Part shown: positions 8,513 through 18,142 of the stretch, piece after piece
Layout of the letters: each line of letters opens with the position of its first letter
How positions within the stretch are numbered: the stretch's first letter is position 1
Assembly: GCA_024400815.1 (NCBI GenBank)
Contig: JAKSMD010000004.1
Location: forward strand, 1-63,430
DNA from: Bacteroidales bacterium
GTDB taxonomy: Bacteria > Bacteroidota > Bacteroidia > Bacteroidales > WCHB1-69
Reading direction: 5' to 3'
DNA: 63,430 nucleotides
Program-made: the position numbers and the translations under genes
Notes under the pieces: generated by a model
What the model was told of the DNA's origin: nothing
The model's database searches: none
Seen by the model: only the letters and a program-made list of their open reading frames with translations

Positions 8513-9388
8513 ATGAGACACATTTTTCTGCTGACCACGTGTATGTTGATGCTTGTTGTCGTCCCGAAAAGTTTGCCGGCACAGGAAAAATTTGATTTGC
8601 AGAATACGAATAATCACTTCTATTTCTCTACCACAGTGGAAGGCGCCCCAACAGATATTATGCTTGAATCGGGCATTCCGGCAATGTTGGTTGCTCGCAG
8701 TTTCTATGAAGAAAATTTGAAAGGCACGGATTTGGATTTCAAACCATCGGTACAGCCAATCAGACTTTTCAAGAATGTTTATAAAATAGCTTATCGCGCT
8801 GAAGGGAAAATCCGTGTCGGCAATTTGATATTCGATGGGCCAATCTATATCCTGGACGATTTTTCCGGAATCAGCCTGCCCATCCAGTATCTGAAAATGA
8901 AGGACTCCCTGAAAACATATATCACCCTCGATTTCCAAGAGAAAACGATGATGGTGAGCGGACAAAAGCCCAACACTTCTGGGGAGAGATTCAAGTTGCA
9001 TATAGACAAAAAATCAGGGTTCCCCATTGTCCATTCTGTTTTGGACATCAATTCCGAAGAGGGGAATAGAAAGATGAAAGGCGATTTCATCGTTGATTTC
9101 GGGAACCCGGAACTGCTGTTTTTGATGCAGCAGCACAAGGAAGTTGCGAAAGCTTTGCAAGACCAGCATCTCCAATTCATTGAAGTGTTAGACAAAGAGA
9201 CCTCCGAGCGCGTTGCCTATGTGATGATGCCGGAAAGTACAACTATCTGCGGCCGGAAATTTGAAGGAAAATACATTGCTGTAACCGAACTGATGCCTGC
9301 AATCGAGCAACTTGGTTTTTTAGGAGTACCCTTTTTTACGGGAAGTGTAACCTTTGATTTTGCAGGCGGTATGATGATGGTGCCTTAA
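8513..9388 (+). CDS. Secreted hypothetical protein, probable two-lobed retropepsin-like (aspartyl protease) fold
   Basis: Signal peptide; IMLESG and FIVDFGN at DTG-like positions; C-terminal GFLGVPFF..VTFDF. Confidence 0.5.
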   Translation: MRHIFLLTTCMLMLVVVPKSLPAQEKFDLQNTNNHFYFSTTVEGAPTDIMLESGIPAMLVARSFYEENLKGTDLDFKPSVQPIRLFKNVYKIAYRAEGKIRVGNLIFDGPIYILDDFSGISLPIQYLKMKDSLKTYITLDFQEKTMMVSGQKPNTSGERFKLHIDKKSGFPIVHSVLDINSEEGNRKMKGDFIVDFGNPELLFLMQQHKEVAKALQDQHLQFIEVLDKETSERVAYVMMPESTTICGRKFEGKYIAVTELMPAIEQLGFLGVPFFTGSVTFDFAGGMMMVP

Positions 9389-9403
9389 TCAAAATTTATC
9401 TCT

Positions 9404-10378
9404 ATGAAATCTAAAATCGTTTTTGGACTTGGACTGCTGCTGCTTTTGTTGACCTCTTGCGACAGAAAGGATACGGAGCCGTGCGCAGACTATCGGCAGG
9501 CGATGCGTGATTTTGTGGTTCGAATCTGTACTGCGGCGCGGCAAAGCAATCCGAACTTCATCGTCATTCCACAAAACGGGCTTTCACTGGTAACCTTGAA
9601 CGACACACCTGAAGGAACGCTTGCCACCGATTACTTGGCAGCCATTGACGGGCACGGGCAGGAGGACCTTTTCTATGGTTATCCAAAGGATGAGATGCCA
9701 ACGCCAGCTGCAGAAACGGACTATCTACTGCGCTACCTAAGACGCAGTCGTGGCATCGGAAACTCCGTTTTCGTCATCGACTATTGCGCAGAACCGGAAC
9801 ATATTGCAGACGCTTATAGCCGTTGTGATGCCGAAGGCTTTGTTAGTTTTGCCGCCCATCGCCGTGCTCTGGACCAGATTCCCAGCAGTCCCATCCATCA
9901 CGAAAACTGCCATACGGTCACAACCTTGCCTGAAGTGCAGAACTTCCTCTACCTTATCAATCCCGAAAATTTCAGTTCTAAGGAAGCCTTTATTCAGGCG
10001 GTTTGCGCCACCAATTACGATATGTTGGTGATGGATCTCTTCGCAAATGACGGAGAAAGGTTTACCGCAGCGGAAATAGAGCGGTTACGCCAAAAGCAGC
10101 ATGGCGGCAAGCGGTTGGTGATCTGCTATATGTCTATTGGCGAGGCGGAAAACTACCGATACTATTGGCAGGATTCCTGGACGCATCACCGTCCTGTATG
10201 GTTGGAACGTGCCAATCCGCAATGGCCTGGGAATTATAAAGTCCGCTATTGGTATTCCGAATGGCAGTCCCTGATTTGTGGCGACGGCGACAGTTACCTC
10301 AACCGCATTTTGCAGGCAGGATTCGATGGCGTCTATCTCGACATTGTAGATGCTTACGAGTATTTTGAAGGGAAATAG
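9404..10378 (+). CDS. GH114 / MJ1477-TM1410-like endo-alpha-1,4-polygalactosaminidase lipoprotein, circularly permuted
   Basis: Lipobox TSC; FIVIPQNG, QEDLFYG, VICYMSIGEAENYRYYW, WPGNYKVRYW, GFDGVYLDIVDAYEY. Confidence 0.85.
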   Translation: MKSKIVFGLGLLLLLLTSCDRKDTEPCADYRQAMRDFVVRICTAARQSNPNFIVIPQNGLSLVTLNDTPEGTLATDYLAAIDGHGQEDLFYGYPKDEMPTPAAETDYLLRYLRRSRGIGNSVFVIDYCAEPEHIADAYSRCDAEGFVSFAAHRRALDQIPSSPIHHENCHTVTTLPEVQNFLYLINPENFSSKEAFIQAVCATNYDMLVMDLFANDGERFTAAEIERLRQKQHGGKRLVICYMSIGEAENYRYYWQDSWTHHRPVWLERANPQWPGNYKVRYWYSEWQSLICGDGDSYLNRILQAGFDGVYLDIVDAYEYFEGK

Positions 10379-10426
10379 GATAGCCGCTACAGGCCATTTT
10401 CCTCATCAGTCGGACTATGTACGCCT

Positions 10427-12139
10427 TCACTTCGCCATCACGCACTCCACTCCACAACTACGGACATAGACCTTGTTCATAGAATCAACCGCCAATGTCA
10501 AAGAGCTGAAGACCACACAGTATGTTTCGTTGGCGCACACCAGCAGTTCATTGCAATGCTTGTTGCACCACTCCTCCGTAAGGTTGTACCCCGGCTTCCA
10601 TCCACATTTTTCAAGCTGCTGACAAACAATAGCGGTGGTGCTGAGTGTCTGTTTCCCAAACTGAATTTTCCAGTCCCGATCAGACCGTATTTCCTGTTAA
10701 GATGGATAAAAATGCTGATAGGGTTTGATGTCAACTACATGGTCATAATCATAATATTTGGATAAATAGATGATTTTTTCAGCAGAGGGCGGATATATAA
10801 TGTCCGTTTCTCGATAACTCTTTGAATACTCTACAGTTTTGTAAGACAAGGACAAAAGATAGTCCTCCGCACTCTTCACACCGAATTGTTGCAAGGCGGT
10901 AGTGTCCGTCCATTCAATATATTTCAACGATTTGTAGATAATGCGGTGCTGCTTGCCCTGGGTAATATCCGCCGTATCCGGCTGGTTCAATATCAGCTTG
11001 CCATTTGGGGCGAGCAAGCCTATGGAGGCAGCCGTTTTTTGGACCCGCGCGATTTGTGATTTTAGCGACACCTGCTTGGCAGAAAGCGGCGGAATGCAAA
11101 CAGACGCCAACGCAATGGCCGCCGCCGCGCAAGTGAGGATGAAGTAGCCCTTTTTATTCTCAAACAGGAACAGGACCACGTATGCCGTCATCAGCAGGCC
11201 GCAGAGAATAAGGTAGTAGCGATTTTCGGTCAAACCGTAGTCTGAGATGCGGCGCGCAACGCCCACCCAGAAGAGCACGAGCAGGGGCAGCGCAAACCAG
11301 CTGAAGTGCCGATAGAACCATCCGAACGGGTTCTTGTCGCAAAACTGGAGCAACATTTGGGCACCCATTGCTGTCAAGCAGAAGATGAAAATCATCACTG
11401 AAACCGAACCTTCGGGCAAGGTCCAAGTGAAGAGCACTTTGGCGGAATAGATGTAGAGAATGGCTGTATAAATGAGCAAAGCGGGCGTTAGCACCCACAG
11501 TAAAACGTTCTTCCAAAACCTTTCCAACGAAAACACACGTTCTTCATCTTCCAAGGCAAAAAAGAGCATCGGAAGGATTACGACAAAGACGATATAGGCC
11601 ACTTTTTCCATCAGTTCGTCGTGGAAATCCCATCCGAAGATCATCTCTATAGAGACTTGGATGAGGATATAGAGGAGATACAATATGCCGGCAACGAAAG
11701 CCGCCATCACGCCAGAATTCACCATCAAGATGTTTCGCTGAACATACGCGATATTTTCCATTTTGAAGTGACGGATGAACAGCCACAATGCGGCTACAAC
11801 CATCAACACCCAATAGGAAATCGAAAGACTCCATTCCAGCAGAACCTGTGCCAACGGAGGCGTTACAAAACTGGTTATAGCCAACAGCAGCGGCACAAAG
11901 TAGAGCAGGTTCCAAAGTTTGCTCTTCTGGCGATAAAAGCTCAACGTATAGGCTGCCGTCACCAAGAACGGAGCCAAGATGCAGGGACACATCCACGAGG
12001 TACCATACAAATTCTTATTGATACCCAAAACAATGGCTGCGTAAACTAACATAACAAGCTCCGCCGGGTGCTGGCATACGGAACGGATCAGAAGTTTCCA
12101 ACCGTCTCGAAGTTTCTGAAGTAGGTCTATTTTTTTCAT
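10427..12139 (-). pseudogene. DUF4153-family multi-pass membrane protein with an in-frame TAA at 10697-10699
   Basis: Many TM helices; LTPALLIYTAILYIY..LPEG, RRISDYGLTENRYY, SQIARV. The same frame stays open for 89 more codons (QEIRSDRDWK...CVMAK*) to the TGA at 10427-10429. Confidence 0.7.
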
Positions 12140-12155
12140 ATCATTATTATAATTA

Positions 12156-12608
12156 TCACACGCACATTCTCTCAATCAGCTCCTTGTGCTGCGGATAGGC
12201 CTGTAACAGTTGGGCTTTATCGGCCAGTTCGAAGTTGTCGAAGGTGAAGGCGGGAGCCACAGCGCAGCCCACCAGGGTAAAACCTTCCTTACCAGGAATT
12301 TCAGCGGCGAACCACTGCTCCGGCTGAATGATGACCTGCATCTCGCTGTCGGGCGCCAGACGATGGGTATGGAGCGTGCCATCCGTGTCAATCACATAGA
12401 TGTTCAGCGCCTCGCCAGCGTGATGATACCAGATCTCGACCACATTGTGCAAACGATGGAATGCCGAAATGTCCTGGTCCGTCAGCATATAGTAGATGGT
12501 GGAAATATCCTTCTTGCCCGTTTCGTCATTGCCGAACAGTTGTTTGAAATAGCCGCCCTCGGGATGGGGCAAAAGTTCCAGTTTTTGAATGTAGTCTTGT
12601 GCAGTCAT
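12156..12608 (-). CDS. Cupin_5 (DUF985) family protein
   Basis: LELLPHPEGGYF, STIYYML, SAFHRL, EIWYHHAG, LVGCAVAPAFTFDNFEL. Confidence 0.9.
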   Translation of the reverse strand: MTAQDYIQKLELLPHPEGGYFKQLFGNDETGKKDISTIYYMLTDQDISAFHRLHNVVEIWYHHAGEALNIYVIDTDGTLHTHRLAPDSEMQVIIQPEQWFAAEIPGKEGFTLVGCAVAPAFTFDNFELADKAQLLQAYPQHKELIERMCV

Positions 12609-12726
12609 ATTATTATTTGTTAAAAGGTATCTTTCTTTGATGTGTTTCGACAATTGCCAGGGATGTCAATTTTTCAATTTTAAGCAGCAAAAATAACTAT
12701 TTTCGAATAAAACAGATTATTTTTGT

Positions 12727-12758
12727 AAAAAAAAGACAACCTTTGGGTTGTCCTTTTT
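12727..12758 (-). terminator. Rho-independent terminator
   Basis: GACAACC-TTTG-GGTTGTC hairpin flanked by A and T tracts, downstream of the small lipoprotein gene. Confidence 0.75.
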
Positions 12759-12784
12759 GTAGAAGTTGAATTGTTTGAGTGATC

Positions 12785-13018
12785 TTACAAGTGAGAGCAG
12801 GAGATTTGTAATCCAAACAGTGACGGTGCGCCATCCAAGACCTGCTGCATGGCGATGTCGGTTTGTGCTTCGCATTCGCGGCCGGTAAGGTCGTCATACT
12901 CTACTTGATCAATGGTTAGTCCGTTTATGGTCACAGTGCATACGCATGCTTTTTTGCAGGAAGCGAAAATACAAATGGCGACAACGGTGACAAATATCAT
13001 TAAAATAGTCTTTTTCAT
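12785..13018 (-). CDS. Small Cys-rich lipoprotein (77 aa)
   Basis: MKKTILM..FASCKKACVC lipoprotein signal with additional Cys; followed by a terminator. Confidence 0.7.
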   Translation of the reverse strand: MKKTILMIFVTVVAICIFASCKKACVCTVTINGLTIDQVEYDDLTGRECEAQTDIAMQQVLDGAPSLFGLQISCSHL

Positions 13019-13078
13019 ATTTTTATTTGATAATGGATGAATATTTATGGAAATAATCAAGATTGGTTAGCGCGTATG

Positions 13079-14029
13079 TTAGCGAACGTTTTTCACCAAA
13101 CGAACGGAGCGACCGTAATCGCGCGGACTGTCAATTTCAGTGGTGCTGGTCATAGTGCTTTCAAAGTAGAAAGCGTAAGCGCATTCGGTGAAATATTGGA
13201 CATCGCAAGGTGTAACGGTCCAATAACGTCCAACCTCGCCCACGTAAGTGATTTCTCCTTCCAAGTTGTTGCGACCGCCGGCAGCCGGGAGGAACAAAGC
13301 ACCGTTTTCTTCCATCTTTTGCCATTGTTCAGCAGAGTAGTAGTTCTTAGACGCAAAATACTGCATGCCGTCGCCGTTGCTCATGCCCGGATTGAAAGTG
13401 CATCCCTCTGGCAAAACCCAATTGTCAGGCAGAACCACCAAACCGTTATTCCCTTCGATGCAGGCGATGCCATGTTTGCTGGCAGCATTAGCACGACCAT
13501 TGATGAGGTATTCCCATTCATCTTGACTCATTGTTCTCCAGATGCCAGCTTGGTTGCCGCCGTTGGAGATGGCGTTATATACGCCCCAGTCGCAGTTGGC
13601 GAATGCGCCCGTCAAACTGGTGGTGCCAACAGGCAGCGGCCCGTAGCCCATGCCGATGCTGTAGTTGTCCACATACCCTTGCTCGTATGGCATGAAATAG
13701 GTGTTGCCACAATCCCAACCGCTGGTGGCCCAGCCGAAAAGGTCAATCCAGCCGCCATAGCTGGCAGAGGCATTGGCATTGGATGCACCAATCATATCGT
13801 ATTGCTTTTCGGCAAAACGCCAAGTGTTGCTGGTGGCTTGGTATTGAAGGTTGCCTTTGGAGAATTTGACTTGCTGGTTGGGAGCAACAGAGAATAAACC
13901 ATTGAGCACGCCTTCTTCTGTGGGTGTTGGGGGCTCGGGGGGAGTAGGACCCGGTTCTGGATCAGGATCCTTACAGGATACGCAAAGGCCGATTACAGCC
14001 AAAAATAAAAGAGAAACAATTTTTTTCAT
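13079..14029 (-). CDS. Lipoprotein with Pro-rich linker and C-terminal C-type-lectin-like (Fib_succ_major/DUF1566-like) domain
   Basis: Lipobox VSC, PEPGPTPPEP, FSVAPNQQVKFSKGNLQY, WRTMSQDEWEYL, LFLPAAG, GRYW, GRSVRLV. Confidence 0.75.
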   Translation of the reverse strand: MKKIVSLLFLAVIGLCVSCKDPDPEPGPTPPEPPTPTEEGVLNGLFSVAPNQQVKFSKGNLQYQATSNTWRFAEKQYDMIGASNANASASYGGWIDLFGWATSGWDCGNTYFMPYEQGYVDNYSIGMGYGPLPVGTTSLTGAFANCDWGVYNAISNGGNQAGIWRTMSQDEWEYLINGRANAASKHGIACIEGNNGLVVLPDNWVLPEGCTFNPGMSNGDGMQYFASKNYYSAEQWQKMEENGALFLPAAGGRNNLEGEITYVGEVGRYWTVTPCDVQYFTECAYAFYFESTMTSTTEIDSPRDYGRSVRLVKNVR

Positions 14030-14168
14030 ATCTGTGTTTGTTTGTTGTTATAATTTGTGAGCGGCAAAAATACAAAAATTAGTGACTTGAGAAAGGTTGA
14101 GGCGTAAAAGTGCCCGTGTGCAATAAAAGTCTGAAAACCTCGTTTCAAAATCTCATTTCAAAATATTT

Positions 14169-14798
14169 ATGAAAAAGTCGAATATCGTTACAGCCATTAC
14201 TGTCTTCAGAATGTCGTTGGTGCTTTTGCTGCCGGCCATGCTGCTGTTCACGGCCATCGAAAGCAAGGCCTTGTGCGTTCCCTTTTGGATACTTTACTTT
14301 TTAGGAGGGATTTCAGATGTGGCAGACGGTTTCTTAGCCCGCCGATGGCAAGTGCAGTCCGAGCGCGGCGCGAAATTGGACAGTCGGGCCGACCTGCTTT
14401 TCATCTTGGGAACCATTATCTACCTGCTCTTAGCTGCCGTGATGGGGAATTTTCCGGCATCCGCCTCCCTCATGTTCATCTTATGGATAGGAATAGGTGT
14501 CGCGGTCATCGCCATTATTCGTTTCATATCGATGGCGGTTTGTGAAGAGCGTTTCGGACAGTTCACAGGCATTCACACTATTGCCAACAAAGTGGCCGGC
14601 GTGATGCTGTTTTTTACGGTTCCCATCGGGATGACGGCTTATATGGGCCGATTAGGCTACTTCATCTTGACCATCTGGACCGTCCTCGTGTGGCTTATCT
14701 GCGGGTATGCTTCTATTGAGGAAATGATCATCGTTTTCAAGATGAAGACCTTGGATGTGAACCGCAAAAGTATCTTCTGCAAAAGCAAAACCGAATAG
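14169..14798 (+). CDS. CDP-alcohol phosphatidyltransferase family protein
   Basis: ITVFR, SDVADGFLARR..SERGAKLDSRAD (DxxDGxxAR..GxxLDxxxD motif). Confidence 0.88.
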   Translation: MKKSNIVTAITVFRMSLVLLLPAMLLFTAIESKALCVPFWILYFLGGISDVADGFLARRWQVQSERGAKLDSRADLLFILGTIIYLLLAAVMGNFPASASLMFILWIGIGVAVIAIIRFISMAVCEERFGQFTGIHTIANKVAGVMLFFTVPIGMTAYMGRLGYFILTIWTVLVWLICGYASIEEMIIVFKMKTLDVNRKSIFCKSKTE

Positions 14799-14799
14799 A

Positions 14800-15198
14800 T
14801 TACTTTTCGTAATGATAAGTTGCCAACTCTTCTGTTTCGGCACCGAGTCCCCATAATTTTACGTCAAAGGTGCTCTCGAAATTTTGGCCAGCCAATTTCT
14901 CGTTGGCTTCGTCAGCCAATTTCTTAGCTTCTTCTTTCATTTTGTCAATTTGTTTCTGGGACAATGATTTAGCATCAATCTTATGGCCTTGGCGAGTGCC
15001 AAATGAAGCTTTGTCAAAGGTTTGGTCAAAAGTGTCATAAACAAGATTCATTTCCTGAGCGTAATTTTCACTGCCTGGTGAAAAATTCTGTATGCCCCAG
15101 GAAATGGAGTAATCGCTTGTAACAGAAGGTTTGCAAGATGATAACAGTACGACGGCTACGACAGTAGCGACAATCAGTAATAAGTTTTTTTTCATCAT
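14800..15198 (-). CDS. Hypothetical lipoprotein
   Basis: MMKKNLLL..LLSSCKP lipobox; 132 aa. Confidence 0.75.
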   Translation of the reverse strand: MMKKNLLLIVATVVAVVLLSSCKPSVTSDYSISWGIQNFSPGSENYAQEMNLVYDTFDQTFDKASFGTRQGHKIDAKSLSQKQIDKMKEEAKKLADEANEKLAGQNFESTFDVKLWGLGAETEELATYHYEK

Positions 15199-15224
15199 AG
15201 TTTTTTTTGAATAATACTTGTTGT

Positions 15225-15479
15225 TTATTGATGTTTTTGAATTTCTTTCAGGGCGTTGGCAAGTTGGTCGGGACAGCTGGTGGGTCCGCCGGCACAGCGG
15301 ATGCCGTCGAGTTTGGCAATGACCTCGTTGACGGGCATACCTTCCACCAAGCGGCCGATACCTTGCAGATTGCCGTTGCAGCCGCCGTAAAAAACCACAT
15401 TGTGGAGAATGTTATCTTCCCCGATTTCAAATTCTATGTATTTGGAACAAGTTCCCTGCGTTTGATATTGGTATTTCAT
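15225..15479 (-). CDS. TIGR03905-family stand-alone TSCPD domain protein
   Basis: GTCSK, GGCNGNLQGI and GIRC..PTSCPDQLA motifs. Confidence 0.9.
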   Translation of the reverse strand: MKYQYQTQGTCSKYIEFEIGEDNILHNVVFYGGCNGNLQGIGRLVEGMPVNEVIAKLDGIRCAGGPTSCPDQLANALKEIQKHQ

Positions 15480-15526
15480 TGATTACTTTGTTGTAACATT
15501 AGTAATAGTTATATGGTGGTTCAATG

Positions 15527-16171
15527 CTACGAAAGCCATTGCCGAATTTCTTCGATGCTCTTTCGTGGAAGAACTTTGGAATCATTACCAAAACACTCAC
15601 ATTTATGATGAGGTGAAAGGGCCTTTTCAATTCTTTTCCAAGAGGAGAAGAGGTTTAAATGAATAAAGTATTTCTTATCATCTTTTGTGATAATAATCAA
15701 GGATTTTTCTACGAGAGTCCAAGAGGTTTTGTAATGGTCGCCGACGTTCGTGGTGTACCCGATTTCTTTGATTTCTTCCCATTTGAAAAATATTTCTTCA
15801 TGCGTAAGCCTATATCTACCTTCGTAGCAGGAAATACCATTGATGCGAATTCCTTGCGGAGCAATTTCAATTCTATAGTGTCTTTCTTTCCAAAAGACTA
15901 TTAAAAAGTATATTCCCAAAAATAAAGGGCAGAGGCAAGCGCAAATGATAAGGATCATTATTATCGTTAAGCATAATGACTTGGAGAAAGCATTTTTCAA
16001 GTCGTTAAAGTCGTGGAGAATACTTTGTGCCAGTTCTAGCGGATGTAACAACTGGAACAAAAGGACGATACCCATAGAGAAAAAAAATAACGCGAGTATA
16101 CACCCAAAGATGAATCCGACTTTGGTGTTGAAGGTTGTTGTGCTATTGTCGTTTTGAAATTCGTCTCTCAT
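15527..16171 (-). CDS. Hypothetical membrane protein (2 TM helices plus PH-like tail)
   Basis: Two hydrophobic helices, then FFKWEEIKEI; AT-rich; ATG at 16171. Confidence 0.6.
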   Translation of the reverse strand: MRDEFQNDNSTTTFNTKVGFIFGCILALFFFSMGIVLLFQLLHPLELAQSILHDFNDLKNAFSKSLCLTIIMILIICACLCPLFLGIYFLIVFWKERHYRIEIAPQGIRINGISCYEGRYRLTHEEIFFKWEEIKEIGYTTNVGDHYKTSWTLVEKSLIIITKDDKKYFIHLNLFSSWKRIEKALSPHHKCECFGNDSKVLPRKSIEEIRQWLS

Positions 16172-16211
16172 TTTTCGAAAAATTTTTGAAAGGACGAAAA
16201 ATTTTTCGCCC

Positions 16212-18047
16212 CTACCGAACCACGAATTTTCCTTCGGACGTATTTCCTTTGGCGTCAATGCCTTTGACGATATAGACGCCGGGTTTGAAATGCGCGGTGT
16301 CTATGCGGCAGATTTCTTTGCCGTTGGTGTTTATGGTTTTGATTTTTTGTCCGGAAATGTTGAAAACGGTGATTTTTTTCAACCCGTTCACTTCGATGGA
16401 AACGGCCGATGAGGTGGGCACAGGGTATATTTTGAGCAGGCGGCTGTGGCTCTGTTGATAATCAGTTACAGAGACGGGCGTGTAGTGGTCGGCGCCGTCG
16501 GTGAGCCAGTCAAGACTGAAGTTGTAGAAGACTGTGGAGTAGCCCGTTTCGCCAGGGTAGGTTTCTTCCACGTAGAATCCGATGGTGCCGTCGGGCAAGA
16601 TGCAGGCGGAGGAGTAGGCGGAACTGTAGGGCACGAGGATTTTGCTCACGGGCCAGGTTCCGCCTTCGTCATAACTGACGTACATCGTGACGTCTTTGCG
16701 TTCGGTGCCGTAAGGTACGGTGTGCAGGAGGCGGTTGCGGTCGTGGCCCTGGTTGACGGAGGTGTAGCGAATGATGTCGCCGTTGCAGGCGGGTGCGGCG
16801 ATGTCGTTCCACGTGGAGGTGCTGGGTTGCCACGTCACGCCGCCGTCTTCGGAGATGTTGTACCAGCGGTGGTTTTCGTGACGGATGCTCATCAGGATTC
16901 TGCCGTCAGCGAGTTCCACCACTTTGGCTTCGTCACCGCCCACGGAGGCGCGCCCGGAACATTGCCAGGTCTCGCCGTTGTCGTCTGAGTAGATGACGTA
17001 GTTGTTCAAAGAGTAGGCGGACGTTTCGCGGATGGCGGCCACGAACATAATGCGTCCGGTAGAGGTACGCAGACCGTTGCCGGAACCGAAGAAGGAGCTG
17101 CGCCAGGAGCGGTGCGCGGGATAGATGCAGTTGGCGCCGAACACGTAGTTGGTGATGTCGCGGGGCTCCGACCAAGTGATGCCGTTGTCGCTGCTGGTGC
17201 AGATGTAGGAGCGTTGCGGATTGGTGGCGGTGGAGTTCCAGAGGCCCACGCCACCCACAAAGGCCGCCATCATGCCGCCGTGGTCGTCGGTGCGCACGAG
17301 GGCGCAGTCACCGAAGCCGTGGTTCACGCCCGTGCCTTGGGCAAGGGTCAGCGGTTCCGACCAGGTGTGCCCGCCGTCGGTGCTGCGGTTGATGAGGATG
17401 TCGATGTCCTGCGGTAGGTCGCCGTCATTGTATTTGCGTTTGTCGGTAGCAATGATGAGATTGCCGTCGGGCGCGGTGATGACGGCAGGAATGCGGTACG
17501 CCACGGAGTTGTAGTCGCCAGGCCGATAGACGGTGGTGCGCGCGAGCAGGATTTCGCGGTCACCGGTAGGGTTGCTCTGCTCAACGGTGTAAGTTTGCGC
17601 GTCGGTGGTGACGCTCTTGAGGGCGATATCGACGTGGTGGCCTTCAACGGCGTCAGGGGCGATGTCCGCGGTAATCCACAGGAAGATTGTGTCTGCGTTG
17701 AGCGTGCCGTTCAACGGGCAGACGAAGTCGCCAGACGAGGGTGGGGTGGTGCCGAGGAGCGTGGCGCTTTCGGGATGCCTTGAGTCGAAGGCGGCAGTGA
17801 CCGTGCTATAGACTTTGAGCGTGGCGATGTCGGCAAGACTCGTGCTGCCCGAAAGGTTGAGTGTCAGCGACTGGAGTTGGCTTGTCGGCGCATCGCTATT
17901 TGTGGCGATGGTAGCGCGAATGAGCACTTCGTTGGCATTGCCGCGACCCGTGTAGCGCGTGTCGCCCTGCAAGGTGATATTCGTAATTTGCTGTGCGAAA
18001 GCGGAAAAAGTCAGTACAGACAGGAATATAAAAATCAGATTTTTCAT
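16212..18047 (-). CDS. nanH: GH33 sialidase with N-terminal BNR-associated domain and T9SS type-A CTD
   Basis: YRIP motif; Asp-boxes STDGGHTW, SSDNGITW, SDDNGETW, SEDGGVTW, SYDEGGTW; AYS Tyr; CTD KIYPVP..GVYIVK..KFVVR. Confidence 0.92.
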   Translation of the reverse strand: MKNLIFIFLSVLTFSAFAQQITNITLQGDTRYTGRGNANEVLIRATIATNSDAPTSQLQSLTLNLSGSTSLADIATLKVYSTVTAAFDSRHPESATLLGTTPPSSGDFVCPLNGTLNADTIFLWITADIAPDAVEGHHVDIALKSVTTDAQTYTVEQSNPTGDREILLARTTVYRPGDYNSVAYRIPAVITAPDGNLIIATDKRKYNDGDLPQDIDILINRSTDGGHTWSEPLTLAQGTGVNHGFGDCALVRTDDHGGMMAAFVGGVGLWNSTATNPQRSYICTSSDNGITWSEPRDITNYVFGANCIYPAHRSWRSSFFGSGNGLRTSTGRIMFVAAIRETSAYSLNNYVIYSDDNGETWQCSGRASVGGDEAKVVELADGRILMSIRHENHRWYNISEDGGVTWQPSTSTWNDIAAPACNGDIIRYTSVNQGHDRNRLLHTVPYGTERKDVTMYVSYDEGGTWPVSKILVPYSSAYSSACILPDGTIGFYVEETYPGETGYSTVFYNFSLDWLTDGADHYTPVSVTDYQQSHSRLLKIYPVPTSSAVSIEVNGLKKITVFNISGQKIKTINTNGKEICRIDTAHFKPGVYIVKGIDAKGNTSEGKFVVR

Positions 18048-18066
18048 AAGCGTGTAAATTAGGCGG

Positions 18067-18121
18067 CAAAGGTACATTTTTTAATATTACACACTGCTAT
18101 TGTGCAAAAAGTGTACTTTTG
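18067..18121. promoter_or_regulatory. Back-to-back -7 promoter boxes for the sialidase and SGNH esterase genes
   Basis: TACCTTTG on the - strand (18067-18074) and TACTTTTG on the + strand (18114-18121). Confidence 0.6.
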
Positions 18122-18142
18122 CTGACTTAATATTGTATTGTG

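Noticed and set aside
8375-8582. Extended N-termini making the ALDH and the 8303 ORF overlap
   Set aside because: The better starts are ATG 8375 (-) and ATG 8513 (+), with divergent TAnnTT(T/C)G boxes between them.
13079-13300. Diversity-generating retroelement
   Set aside because: No reverse transcriptase, accessory gene or template repeat is visible in the window.
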